The translations under genes and the position numbers were made by a program. Shown in pieces: positions 51,356 to 64,000 of a DNA stretch of 64,000 nt; within the stretch, counting starts at the first letter, position 1; every line of letters begins with the position of its first letter. The notes under the pieces are model-generated. The model did no database searches and was not told the DNA's origin. It saw nothing but the letters and a program-made list of their open reading frames with translations. Source of the DNA: Iphione sp. A-MEVVRFRX5 (lineage: Eukaryota); NCBI GenBank assembly GCA_976226885.1, contig OZ320323.1, positions 19,282,001 to 19,346,000 of the forward strand. The letters are read 5' to 3'.

Positions 51356-54300
51356 CATCGAATACTGAAACAGTGGGGGTTCAGTTATGTCGCCGTACTA
51401 AAACAACTGGCATTTGTAACAGCTGGTTATTAGTATGAGACACCAGTTAACCATTCATACTGCCGTTATTTGTCTGTCAGCCCCTCCCCTCCGCAAGAGG
51501 AAAAAGAATCTTAACTAATCATAAAGCTATTCGTTTATTGCATCCTTTTCAATACACAGGTTCCCCTCTAATTTTCAGTGCATAGGGGACGCATCTATAA
51601 GTTTGTATTGAACACGTGGACAATGTACAAAGCGTTGCAGCTATGTTAAGGATTTCTCTGAAATTCTGACAAACGCAATGGTTGATGACAGCGCCGGGTA
51701 GGTATCAAATGTGTCTTACTCCCAGCTGCTGCTCAGGATTGTCCAAACTGTCCGCAAAGTGTGTTAGGACCTTTCCTAGTCAGTGATATATAAATATGTA
51801 ACAAAAGCAAACGTTTTTGAGCCTCGTGAATACGAAAAAATATAAAAGCAAGTATAACTGATGAAAGTAGGAAGTACATGCTGTTATAAACGATAGTAAA
51901 ACAGTGTACTCAAAGGAGACATATATGATAGTATTTCAAATTCATACAGATAAATAATAAAAATGATTTTATTCTAAGAAGCAAATATAATTTCCAACAA
52001 CCAAGAGCAAATATAAAATATTTTTCAATATTTGAATAGCTTGTGTCAGTAGTCAATATTTACTCAGTTTTTTTAGAAAGGTGCAAACAAGATGTCAAGG
52101 GGGGTAGGGATTATTGCAGCATAAAGTAACCTTACGTCTGAGGTATGATTTTTTAACCAATTGGAGTCTACAGCTCACTTGGATGACGGTATCATCCACA
52201 CACTACCATGGTAAGCTCTCTTATCATGACTACTGACGAAGACTACGGGAATCCATTTGACCCATTCGTTAGGTGTTTTTTCCATGCCCAGTGAAACCCC
52301 TCAACAACGGGTATCGTTGGGACCTAGTCTATAGTACGGGGTATTAGGCCACCCCCTTCTCCCTCTTTCTCACCAAACTTCAGACATTATTTTCAGCAGA
52401 GAGGGCCAAACCCATAAATCGTTTTCCCTTCTCCCTCTCTCTGTCATTATATCATTATCATTACAGATACGGTAAAATCAATCAACAATGGAAAGCAAGT
52501 CACAGCCATAATCTAACGTACAGTTACTTGGAAAAGAGAGAGGCAATTTCTATAAGCTGGTTTGTACCGCGGGTTATGAATCTGTAACGGTAAATATAGT
52601 TACATGGAGAAACTGCCGTAGCTTTTTCATGGCTGTCGCCTTTTCCTGTCACTCTTCCGTCAGTGTTTATTTATACAAGTGAACAGACTAGCCTCTCCAG
52701 GCCCTTTTCTTTTGCTTTCATCACCACCTGTATGATCCTTTTATGTTTCTCCAAACGTCCTTATAATCTGTCGCTTAGTTGATCGCTTAGTGCCACCGGG
52801 GATCCTAAGTGGGCATCAGGTGCCCTCTTTGACTGATCGATGGATTCTTTCCCTGGGCAGTTAGAAACACTGTTGTGAAAAAAAAAACGTTTAGTCCTTT
52901 TTTTCGGACTATGTCGCAAACATATGCATTTTCATTAGTTCAGAGTCCATTGTGACGTCACAAACAGTAAAACATCATCTGTCCTTTTAGGGTGGCTGAA
53001 GCTTTGGCGATAGGCCCATTGCCTTTTCCTGCACTTGGCACAGACATCCACTGAGTTAACTCTTCCCTCACGACCATGTCTACGAAGCGACGGCGTCCCA
53101 AATACTGCCAGTTTAGCCCCCAACGGAAGGTGGCGCTGTACTTGGCCTATGTATTGAATTGTTTACAATGTAATATTGAAGCATCTGCTGGTCAGAAGGG
53201 GTTCAGTGCAAAAAGAAATGCAAATTTCAAGGTTCACAAACACTCTCTTTGATGGAAAGCAAAACTGAAATATACTTCTTGAAACTTTGTATATGCTTGC
53301 TCACACTTGCGCACACGACAAGCATCTAATGTCCAACGGATTTAGTGAAATCAACCGTTGAAAATACAGTTGACGATGTCAAATCACGCCCGTAATTGCA
53401 CGTCTCAGTGCGTGTGTGTGTCTTGTGTCCGTAGAGGAAGAGAAAGGAGGGGGTGCCAGCTTGTTGTAGTGGAACCATGGAGTAACTTAAACTTCGTTTT
53501 AATAGCTGTCCTACCATGTATGCGATAGATTGGAACAGTTTGGATTCGACACACTCCACTGCGTCTCGTGCGTCAAATCCAAACTGTGCCAATATATCGC
53601 ATACAGGCATGCACTCGTTCTGTATCTATCACATATAATCATTGCCACTCTTTTACTATTAGGCCCGGTTTCCTTATGTGCGCTCGGGTGTGGTTGCATT
53701 CAGATGCATTGCCGTGCATATTTATATGATAGGTCGGAACTATTGGAGAGTGTTTCATATGTGCGTGGCTGTATGGCTGCGCTTGAGGTGTGTCGGGGTG
53801 GAATGTCAATTTTGGGGACAAGCCCAATAATTTCGCCCATCCGCAGCCTTATGCATGAATAGGATAGAGGATATATACTTTATGGCTGGCAAATATAGGG
53901 AGAGGAACACTATTCAACATATATTAGTCCATGTAAAATATCTAATTTGCATATAAATCGCTTAAAAAGGGAATTCAACAAGCTCTGCACCCAAACCATG
54001 TTATTTACACAGATCTTACAGGAATTCAATGACATCTATACAAAAAAGCAAGTAGTCTACATAGATGAAACAGGAATTCCGTGAGATAAGATACATACAC
54101 ACACTCACACACATATATACAGAAGACAACAGAGAGTTTAGGAAGACACTCACGTACTACCACGCACGCATGCATCATGCAAGGCCAATGGACACTCCCG
54201 TACATGAGGCTGCAGGAAAAAAAATCCCGCATACCACCTGCGGGTCTCCATTTGCGCCTCCCCCCCAAAAAAATCCACTCAGGTCAAGGCAGGAAGCGTA

Positions 54301-54999
54301 ATATGAAGCATCACAAAAGTTAAATTTCACTACAAAATAATAGTTACTACCCCCAACCCCTTAGGTGCTAAAAGCCGCCAGGTGTTGCGTGGAACGGCCT
54401 TCAATTGAAGTTCATTGCTAGCTATAACAATTATAGACGCAACCGGTTGGCTTGGTAAACAAGACTCTATGGTGTATACTCTGGGTGTGAGGTAGTAGGT
54501 AAGGGAGAGTAGCTAAAAGATAGCAGTATACTTCTGTATGTGATGAGAGCCCATTACCCCACTTCAGACATTGTCTTTTGAACACACATCGTTAACATGT
54601 GTCTGGCCTGATGTCATTATCTTTACGCTTTACCAGGTATTACATGATATATAATATCATTACATTTCCTTGAATGCTCATAAAATCAATAGCTTCATAC
54701 GGTAACCAGATATACTGGCCCTGTTGATGAAAAGACTGTTAATGGAATGTTGCATTACATAGAATAATTCAGTGGAAATTAATCGTTCAGTACGGGCGTG
54801 TGCAGTCAGGACACCGCTCTCCCAGTGATGCACTTTGTACGGCATGCTGTTCAGACATCTATTTGAATATAGAATCATATCTCTATTGTTAAGACCAATT
54901 TGTGCAGAATAAGATCAAATAAACATTAAGTAAGGGGTGAAGAAACAAAATAAGTGGGCCTATAATGGTTACAAATATAATGCATATTACATTAATTAC

Positions 55000-55985
55000 A
55001 ATGATTATTCAGATGCTATAATGTGTAAGTATAACGCCCACCTTGACATAGAATTACTCTCATAAAGGAGATAAACTCTTCCCTTAACTCTTATTTCTGA
55101 GAACAGGATTCAAGTTATTCCAGAAACACCAGTGCTTCTCCCAGGATGTTTATAATCAATAGATTTTGTATGATATGCTCTAAAAATTAGAGTTGCAATA
55201 ACCATATTTCTTCTAATTTGAATGGTATGAAGTCTATATCTTAAGTGCAACTTATTGAGTGATCTCTTTTCTCTGTGCTTCCTTTGTCTACTATCTGCAA
55301 TGCTCAGTTTTGAATTTTTTGCATTTATTAAGTAGCTTTTATTGGTGCTGTTGTGACAAAGACAGTGTAGTAATCAGAGAGTGGAAAACTGTTTGTTTAT
55401 ACATATCGGTGAGTGCATCTAAATTACCAAATGTTTGATTTTCTTTTACAAGTATGTAGATTTTGTTAATAGTCCTTTGATTGATTAAAGCAACATGATC
55501 AATCATTGTAAATTGCTCATCTTGCAGTAATCCTAAATACTTATAAACTGATGTATATTCAATGATGCTATTATCAATGGTAATGGCTTGACCATTTTTC
55601 TCATCCCTGACCAGTTGATTTTTTTACACACTGCCATTTGCTGTTTTTTAGCGTTAATGACCAATATGTTTCTTTTACACTAGTTGGAGAGTCTAGTACA
55701 TGCAGTCTGCATCCTGTCATGCAACTCCCTAGGCAATCTGTCTTTGATTAATATCACAGTGTCATCTGCAGATAATTTGCAGTTCTTTTGTACATTGTCT
55801 ACCATATCATTAATAAAGATGGAAAAGAGAAGTAAACCTAGAATGAAGCCTTGAGGTACACTTTGTTTGAGGGTAGCTTGCTTTGACTTTACACTATTTA
55901 CCTGTGTAAGTTGTTTCCTGTTAGTTCAGTAGCATGTGAACCATGATATTGCATTCTTGCTGAAGTTGAAGATGGTGGATTAGAC
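55000..55985 (-). mobile_element. 5'-truncated decayed CR1/L2-type LINE, reverse transcriptase C-terminal half
   Basis: ISWFTCY*TNRKQLTQVN...SVPQGFILGLLLFSIFINDM...CKLSADDT (PQG 55849-55859, SADD 55761-55772), then N.L.INAKK, YKYLG (55531-55539) and MYKQTVF..DY. Confidence 0.92.
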
Positions 55986-56975
55986 ACGTCAAACAGGAAA
56001 GGAACTCTCTGCAGGACGATATTCGGAAGATAGAAAAAAAATACGACAGAGATGACTGTACGAATCATGGATTTCTCTTCATGTTGGGCGTCACTGTTCT
56101 GATCGGGTACCTCCCACGCGCGGCACCTTACAGCAGCCTCCCCACCGCGAAACTAACGATGGACCGCCCACGAGAGGGCGTGGCAGTCGACCAGGCGACC
56201 GGGACAGCGACAGCTGGGCCCGCGCGGACTTCACTCGCTGACGTGGTGGCCGACGGAACCAGCGCGTGCATGGCTTGTCCCGTAAAGCTCCCATCGACGC
56301 GATTTGACTCATCGGACTGAATACAGCTCTGCCGGACAAGGTCCACTCTCTCCTCGTTGGAGATCCTCACTTATCTTTCCTTACTTATCTCATCTTCCTC
56401 GGAGAGAGAAAGTATGTCATATGGAAAGCAGGTAGATCCCTGAAGGGGATGCACCTTGCAGGACACGGTCCTATCGAAGAGTCATCGGATGATCTGCCTC
56501 TTTGGCTTTGCATATGTAAAAAGGGAACAAAATAAGGCGGACAGTGAAAAAGAAGAAAGAGTGCTGGGCAGTTATTCACAGTGGATTATGATAAAACGCT
56601 ATGGATGAATGGCTTCTGAAGAAGAATATAGGCTGTTTAGAAGTCGGAGATCAGGAATAGACGTTTTCCTATAGAACAGGGAAAAAAAGTTTTATAAGGA
56701 CACATTTCAAAACGTAAGTACGTGTTATTACGAAGACCTTGATTACAAGTTTACAAGTTTGCAATATGCGGCGATGAACTCTTTCAGGATCATACAGGCA
56801 ACAGGTGAGAGATATCAAACAAAAAGTTGTGACTTTGTTTTTTAGCACGGATCTGGCAGGAGTAAGAAACAGACTATTTGTGATAAGCTGAATGCGACCT
56901 CTCATCCGTTTCAGATCCTATCGTTATTAGTTACAATCATCGGACACATTTAGTCAGAGTGACATCAGTACCAAC

Positions 56976-57471
56976 ATGTTCAGCCGAGACGTCCTGGGAG
57001 ACTTTACTTCTGCGAACAGAAGTTTACTTCAGAACAGTTCGCACACCGTAACCACCGACGAGCTGCACATGTCCGCCGATGGCCAATTTCCCGAGAGCAG
57101 CTCCATCTCCTCCTTAGAGCAAGTGCTTGGTAATGACAGCGGCCAACACGGAGAAGGTCTCTTCACCTTCCCGGATACCAGCCAGTTCCCTTACCCGGGA
57201 ACGATAACCTACCCACCTCAGTGGGAAATGGCGGTGAAAACGGGCTTTTATGCGGTTATCATCCTCTTGGCTCTCGTCGGTAACATCCTGGTGGTCTACA
57301 TCGTCTGGAGGAACAAGCTGATGCACACCACGACCAACTATTACATCGTCAATCTGGCCGTGTCCGATCTGATGGTCACCGTCTCGTGTACGTGGGTGCA
57401 TCTGGTCGATAATCTTACCGAAGGGTGGGTCCTAGGCGCCTTCTTCTGCAAGCTCAACAGTTTTGCCCAAG
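56976..57471 (+). CDS. First coding exon of a class A (rhodopsin-like) neuropeptide-type GPCR: N-terminus, TM1, TM2, ECL1, start of TM3
   Basis: ATG preceded by an in-frame TAG (56928-56930). N-glycosylation sequons NRS, NSS, NDS. TM1 with the GN motif, TNYYIVNLAVSDL (LAxxD), and WVLGAFFCK with the conserved Cys. Ends at a phase-1 donor AAG|GTGAGT (57472). I found no DRY-region exon downstream in the window. Subfamily not assignable by eye. Confidence 0.95.
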
Positions 57472-57928
57472 GTGAGTGCTTATCTACGTAAATTTTACAG
57501 TGGCATCTCTCTGATGCGGATAGTACAGGGACTGGCCAAGCACCGATACATCCCAATGGGAATATCCGGAATAGCAAGGGTATTCACAACATCAATATAC
57601 TGACTTGATTCTGCCTCTTAACCGAGTTATCCTCATTAGATGCTCTCCAGATTAAGGAATTTCTATGAACCTTTCCAAACGGTGCCTGTAGAAACAAGGT
57701 TTCTTTTCAGACAGTGAAACATTTTTTTTATACAAAGCGGACGTTTTTGCAAGTAGTCAATCGCCACTTTTCACGCAGACCATCACGGGCAGGCATCACC
57801 AGATAGTGTACAATTTCAGCTCAGAACCACATCGTTCCAATGAATAGCATAGTAGATCGCTAGGGGGATATCAACACCTTCTGGACTGTTAACTAAGTCT
57901 CCAGGCCTCAGCACAAAATCGCCATATA

Positions 57929-58092
57929 CAACTCTATTTAAGACCACCTCGATTTACAACCAAATACTAGTTCAGACCAGTTTAGATGGGAACAAAAGTA
58001 TTAGTTTCTATACTTAACATTACCTATTAAACTCACTATTAAGACCACTTTTGGCCAGTCCAAAGAGGCGGGCTTAAATAGAGTTTCCACTG
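57929..58092. mobile_element. Tc1/mariner-type MITE related to family A, intronic
   Basis: ctctatttaagaccac units and right end AAATAGAGTTTCCACTG|ta. Left TIR is partly deleted. Confidence 0.75.
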
Positions 58093-60902
58093 TACGAAGA
58101 TTTAGTGCTGGTCGAAGTATGTAATATCCACTGTCGTACCTGCATCTATGCCGAAACTGAGGAGCTAACGGAATCTTGCCTGCCTGCCATTGTATCAAAT
58201 GAACCTTTAGAATAAATGTCAATCATTATCGTATTAGACAATAGAGATTGAGATAAGTATTCGCGAGTGAATACAATGAAGTGCAAACAACGGCTTTCAA
58301 CCGATATTTACCTTTTTCTTTCAACGCCTTCGTAGGTAATGTTGTTCGTCTTCAGAAAGCAAAAACCATTAGCAAAAAAAGTCCCTCGCGTTAGACTTGG
58401 CGCAGATAAAACCCCCTGTCATATTTCAGTATTTGCAAAAAGACAAGTAGGTGCGAGGACGTATTGCAGTTCGTCCTGATCACTGTGTCTACCATACCTT
58501 AGACGACGCCATTTTATGGAAGCGGTGCATTTTCTTTTTTTTCCCTTCGAGGTCCAATTAATTCGTTGCCGATTATTCACTGCCCGAGCTCAGTGTTTTT
58601 CTTTCGGTTCAGCGATCTACCGAAGTCCCCTGCATTAGAATAGGCACCGGGGGTGCACTTAACAAGCGTGATGGGGACCTCGGGCAGTCGAATTAACACT
58701 CTTCCAGTCGATTTATTAAAAAAAGAGCCATTTTAATGCCCTTTCCAACTTTAAGACAAATAGCCTCAGAATCCTAATTATTCTACTAGCTCACATTTAA
58801 TACTGACACTATCATTTGCAACTTATTTCTTGCTGCCTTAAGGATCACGGGACCAAGAAGGCACTTTCTACCTACTATATCATCATGATCTCTATTCATT
58901 TCTCTATTGATAAATCATTTATTGATATTAAATTGCCGTAGGATATGTTAAATAAAAGAGATATTTTTAAAGGGTTTTATCTCAGGTGTAACAGAGCGTC
59001 TGCCTTCCAGTTGAACGTGTGTTCTACCACTCAGAGGAAGCGAGCGAGTACAATTTTGAAATTGTTTTATTTTTTATAAAAGCGTATATATGCTTTAACC
59101 ACAAAAGCATCAACCTGAGACTCTAGTACTTGCTGACGTATTACACTCTATGGCCCAAAAAATGAGGCATCGCAAGTTACATACATTACAAATTACTTTT
59201 ATGTCAACACTCTGATACAGTACCCTAGTTTAATAAAATTAAACGAAATCCTACGACTACGACTTAGCATAATATGGGCTAACAGAGTACTAATCTGGCA
59301 AGCGATGCCCAACAAGAACTCCTCTGCTTACACCTTTACAGTACTCTGAACTCATGCTTAGCATTCTAGTTTTTTTCGGTAATGTTATGGCAGCAACTGA
59401 ATGACTCACAAGATGCAAGGTTTAGTCAGTATGAGCTCCAGAATGAGCTGACTCATGGCACATAAAATATCTCAAACAGGTGAAATATATTAGTTATTAG
59501 TATTGCAACTCAGTTCATTGTAAAAAGAAAATACAACACAAAAGGGATTGACACATATGTTCTCATAGCAGTACATGGACACAGTTTACATATGTACATC
59601 AAGCCAGCAGACAACTGAGAACACCAGCGTCAAGTTGCTAGTTGTCAACTGACATCAACGACATGGCTCATTGGCATCATCTCAACTCCTGGCAATATTT
59701 AACATAATAAAAACCATTTGTGTTGCCAGTAATCTGACTGTCCCTGACTTTTGTTGTACTGTTTTGTGAATATCTTCAGGACGAGTAATGCTAGAGGCTT
59801 CAACAATACACCACTGTATTCCTTAGATCATTAGCTTCCACATGACACCATTAAAGTGGTTAAAATCCAAGCAGTATAAGTGATACATACATTTGTTGCC
59901 AGTATCAATTAACATTGAAAGGTAAAGAAAATTAAAAAATTCTACAACCAACAAACCCTATCATTGTTCAATATGTTACCAGAAAACCAGATATATTTTA
60001 GGCTTAACCCTTTAACGACCAACAATGGTAAAATCGGACATTTTTATCTGATGGAAGTTGCTGCTTATCTGGAAACGTTAATTTTAAAGATTTTCTGTCT
60101 ATTTCTGCCAATATATACCCAGAATATGGTGTACTTCTGATGTGTAATAACAAATTGCACTGTTTTAAGAGGAGAACCTGTAAAACTGATCGCATGACCT
60201 CCCTCATTTGCATAGATTAGCATCAGCAGCTGTTTTTTCATTTCATTTCATTTCGTTTCATTTTTTAGCACTACATATATGTGTTATTATGAAATCAAGC
60301 CCTTTTATTGTTCAATTAAATATAGATTTGCAATCCATTTTGAAATCATACTATAGAATTTGAGTTGATGTTTGATTTTAAGCAACTTTGATACAGTGTG
60401 CACTGTTTTTTGTTTAATTAGATAGAATACAACAGACCAATATCAGTTACATTTCCAGCAGCAATGGGCATAAATATGATGAGAGGTGTTACATAGTGCT
60501 TTGTAATAAGAACACACATTATATCTTTCAGATCTCTTGGAAATATGCTATAATTTTTATACAAATTTCATAGCAAGACATATAGAGTGACCAATAAGAT
60601 TTTAGATCAGTGTAAGATGATGGATGAATTATTTAATATGTTACCATGGTAACACCCAAAGACTGCTGATGCAATATCAGTGATGCAGCTGATGCACATG
60701 ATTGTTCATAATTTTTGGTGATGGATGCAAAATTGCATATCATGATGCAATGTTATTAATCTATTAACCATAACACATGAGGTATCAAAAGATTGCAAAT
60801 CACTTACTTAACAATTGCTCAATAGTACGTTTTTCTCTAAAACCAATATTTATAATTCTTTCTTGCCATATGTTGCCAATAAGTGGAAATGGGGTAGTAC
60901 TG

Positions 60903-61007
60903 TAGAGGCGCAGTAGTATGGTATCCCTTCAAGACACCAGAGGGAGAGGTGTATATAAGGCCCTGCGCTGAGCGGCTTGGGCCCCAGTCGACACTGCTGC
61001 GCCTCTA
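60903..61007. mobile_element. 105-bp mini inverted-repeat element
   Basis: TAGAGGCGCAGTAGT / ACTGCTGCGCCTCTA, 14 of 15 complementary. Confidence 0.6.
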
Positions 61008-63153
61008 GGTCGTTTGAAAAAAAAAACTGAAATGTAGCAACTGAAATGTAGAAACAAAATTAATGCTAAATCAAAGTACAATTCTTAAGGTTTACAGTGG
61101 TGTATGGTATGATGTCAAATTTATCTGTATACACCTGATAGGAGGAGAGTTTATCTTTTAACTCTGTTCCCAGAGGCAAAAACATGATTTTTCCCGATAG
61201 AGGAACTGTTCGGCACAAGGAGAGAAGTATTCTAAAGAGTCAGTTCTAATAAAAAGGGGGGGGGGAAGGGGTGATGTAGGATGGATATATAGAAGTGGCA
61301 AACGAAACATTTTCTTTGGCATCGAGGTGGATACATGTACTTCACTTTGTTAGACTGTTATATTTTATCAACCATCCGTCATTACAATTACATCAATTCT
61401 TCAAGCTATAGAAAGAGTTACCAAACATCTATTAGGAAATTAAAATTACATCAATTCTACAAGATGGAGAGATAGTTACCAAGCATCTATTTGAGCTGAG
61501 AGCAACAAATATACAGTCAGCAGCACAAGCAGCGAGTACTATGTTTCTTGGTAAAGGGCTGTCGGGTCTGACTGTTATGATAAAAATGACATCAGGTGAA
61601 AATCAGGATGGTATAAACATGCACTATGAGTGTTGACACTCAATTTGGAGTAATGACAAAAACTCACTGTTGTGACATTCTGCCGACTTGTATACTAGAG
61701 TCGGACAACCGGGAGTAAATAGATTGCTCAATATTGTAGCGTTTCGGTGTTTGGTATGAACAAAATGTGCATTGAGAGTGTTTCCTCCGAAAGGGTTCTC
61801 GGAGGATAGTTCTCCGAAATAGCCACCGGTGGCGTGGGGTGGGTAGAACATTCTGGAAACTCCCCTAGAAGGGAGTACGTGTGTACTGAGCATAGCTCGG
61901 AAGGTTCTGGAAAGGATCTTTCCAGAAGGATCCTATAGAGAAAGGTAGTATGTGCTGTAGAAGGTTCCAGAAGCACCCCTCCAGAAAGATCTCTGGGAGA
62001 GGGTGTTACTATTTTTAAGGATGTACCATGGCTAATTTTAGAGCCAGACTCTGTATATAAGGGCACTGATTTCTTGAATAAAGACAGTTCTCATCCGGAC
62101 TTGGAAGTGAGAGCAACAATGCATATTCTGTGTGGAAGTTCTTTATTCCGCGATAGCCATCTGGCCTGACGACGACCGACACGTTACAATATAATCAGCA
62201 GTCAACAAAAAACTTACAATAGACTGGGGCGATTTTTCACACGAACGCTCTGAGAGACTTCAATCTGCGTATTAACGGGAATTCATTTATTTGCCCTAAC
62301 TTGACCTCCACACGAACTTCAGGGTACGTGTTGACACCGAGGGTTGAAAAAAAAATATCGGCCAAGTTGACAGGCGTTTCTTTCGAGCAAGAGGCCACAG
62401 AGCCTATTTTTGTGAGATAAAAACGTCGGCGTCGGCACGGTTTTGCCAACTCCCCAAGAAACAGGTGAATGTTTTTGAAGTATAATCTTGGTCATCTTCA
62501 ATAAATGTGCCATTCGAAACCAGCAGATATAACTGCCGCTAATACATGTATATGGCGTTTGAAATGATGGAATATTATGCATTTGAAATTCCTACATTTA
62601 AAAATACTACATGTTGCCAGGTGAAAAAGGTGGGGAACGTTTGTATAAAAAAGGAAACAGTTAATCTGCTGTTGACCCCACGGATAGAAAAGGTGCGAAA
62701 ATACATATTTGATCTACCCACAATGTTAAAGGTGCTGAATTTTGATATTAAAACGTCCCATAGTTATAACCACCATTAGCCTATTGGGTTGGTAAAATGA
62801 GGAATTTTGTATTTAAAAGGTCCCTCTGTTATAAACATTTGAAACCCACTAGGTAACAAAGGCAGGGAATTCTGTATGAATAGTGTTAGATTGAAAAGGG
62901 AGATTAATTCTTTCATTCTTGTATATTTTGCGTTTTGTTCACTATACGTCGTGCTTCTTACTCAAATCGAGAGACTTTATACGCGACTCTTCTTTAGGGA
63001 AAAGCCTCCTGGCATTATTCTATCTTTGATGGGGGCCGTTGTTGTCGAAGTGGGCGCCGACACTCATTCTAATAACAATGCCCTTGGCCGTGAGCATTTC
63101 TCCAACACGAGCAGACAAAGAAGTCCAAAAACAACACTATGCAAAACGACAGT

Positions 63154-63192
63154 CTCCTCCTCCTCCTCCTCCTACTCCTCCTCCTCCTCCTC
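63154..63192. repeat. Interrupted (CCT)n microsatellite
   Basis: Two CCT runs separated by ACT. Confidence 0.9.
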
Positions 63193-64000
63193 TGCCGGAA
63201 GTCAAATTCTCTGTAAGAACGATTCGTACTATTAAATACTCCGAAAGTTGGCAACGTCTCTATGTGGAGAGATCTCTGTGTTATCTTGCCATTCAGTAAG
63301 AGTGTACCAACAAGGGGGCTTAACGCTTAACTTGGTAAAACCAATGTATCCATTAAGTGATTTTGAAATCCGTTTAATGGAGGATCGTCTATCAGGTAAA
63401 TCGGACCATGAAAACCGTCAGCATGTTAAACATTCTGTCCTGTTTCATCTGGCATTCATACGGTTCCAGTTGGTAAAGGGTTAATGATTCTGAAAATATT
63501 GATTTTCCAGTAATGTCCCCTTAAAACTGCTACTCGCGGGAACAGGTAAGGTTCGAGAGCTGTTGTTTTCTCTAGAAAACACCTTGGGAATTTGATGTGA
63601 ACAACGAAATGTGTGTATTGTACACAGGCGGCCATCACATTTTTTTCAACATGGGGACAGATGTTTAAAAAAATATTTTTGGTGATATCCTACATCTGAA
63701 ATGTTATTCAACAGATGTCTTGAATACGTTCATACATGCCGTGATAGATAATTTTTTGAAATGATATATTTTTCTTGCAATATTTAGTACAGTACGTCAG
63801 CCTCGCATTTCTTGGTGGCATTTTGAGATAAGGTCTCTTATCACTAAAAATATAATCAAAATTAGTTATTTCTTCCTATTTAACAGTTTATCATCATGGA
63901 ACTTTAGCGGGAAATCATAAACCAGTGCTTAGTGCCTAATAAACAATTAGATAAGCGTGTCGGAACTGTACATTATCAGTACTTTTGGGAAACACTGATG

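Noticed and set aside
53110-53130. FRW-amide neuropeptide
   Set aside because: FRWG is followed by Leu, not a basic cleavage site.
1-64000. CRISPR arrays, operons, rRNA, prokaryotic defence systems
   Set aside because: No regularly spaced repeat-spacer array, no dense intronless ORFs and no rRNA motifs; the sequence is eukaryotic.

Overview
Eukaryotic genomic DNA, roughly 40% GC and intron-rich. An invertebrate, possibly lophotrochozoan, is inferred from the repeat types and the GPCR, not proven. There are no operons, rRNA genes, true tRNA genes or CRISPR arrays, and most six-frame ORFs are noise. Best supported features: (1) first coding exon of a class A neuropeptide-type GPCR (+, 56976-57471), with the remaining exons beyond the window; (2) two phase-compatible exons of an unidentified minus-strand gene (2189-2044 and 656-501); (3) transposon fossils: pogo/Tigger transposase (~24950-26130), piggyBac transposase (~50350-51170), CR1/L2-type LINE RT (~55000-55985), a tRNA-derived SINE (11972-12320), TA-flanked Tc1/mariner-type MITEs and a TTA-flanked PIF/Harbinger-type MITE; (4) a 254-nt assembly gap and microsatellites. 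I found no clearly new biological system. The best leads are all speculative: three exon-like segments that could encode small secreted peptides (5138-5326, 23139-23251, 63029-63212), a perfect 24-bp hairpin (39791-39855) and a candidate recursive splice site (7983-8010). All translations, alignments and coordinates were done by eye, without database searches.
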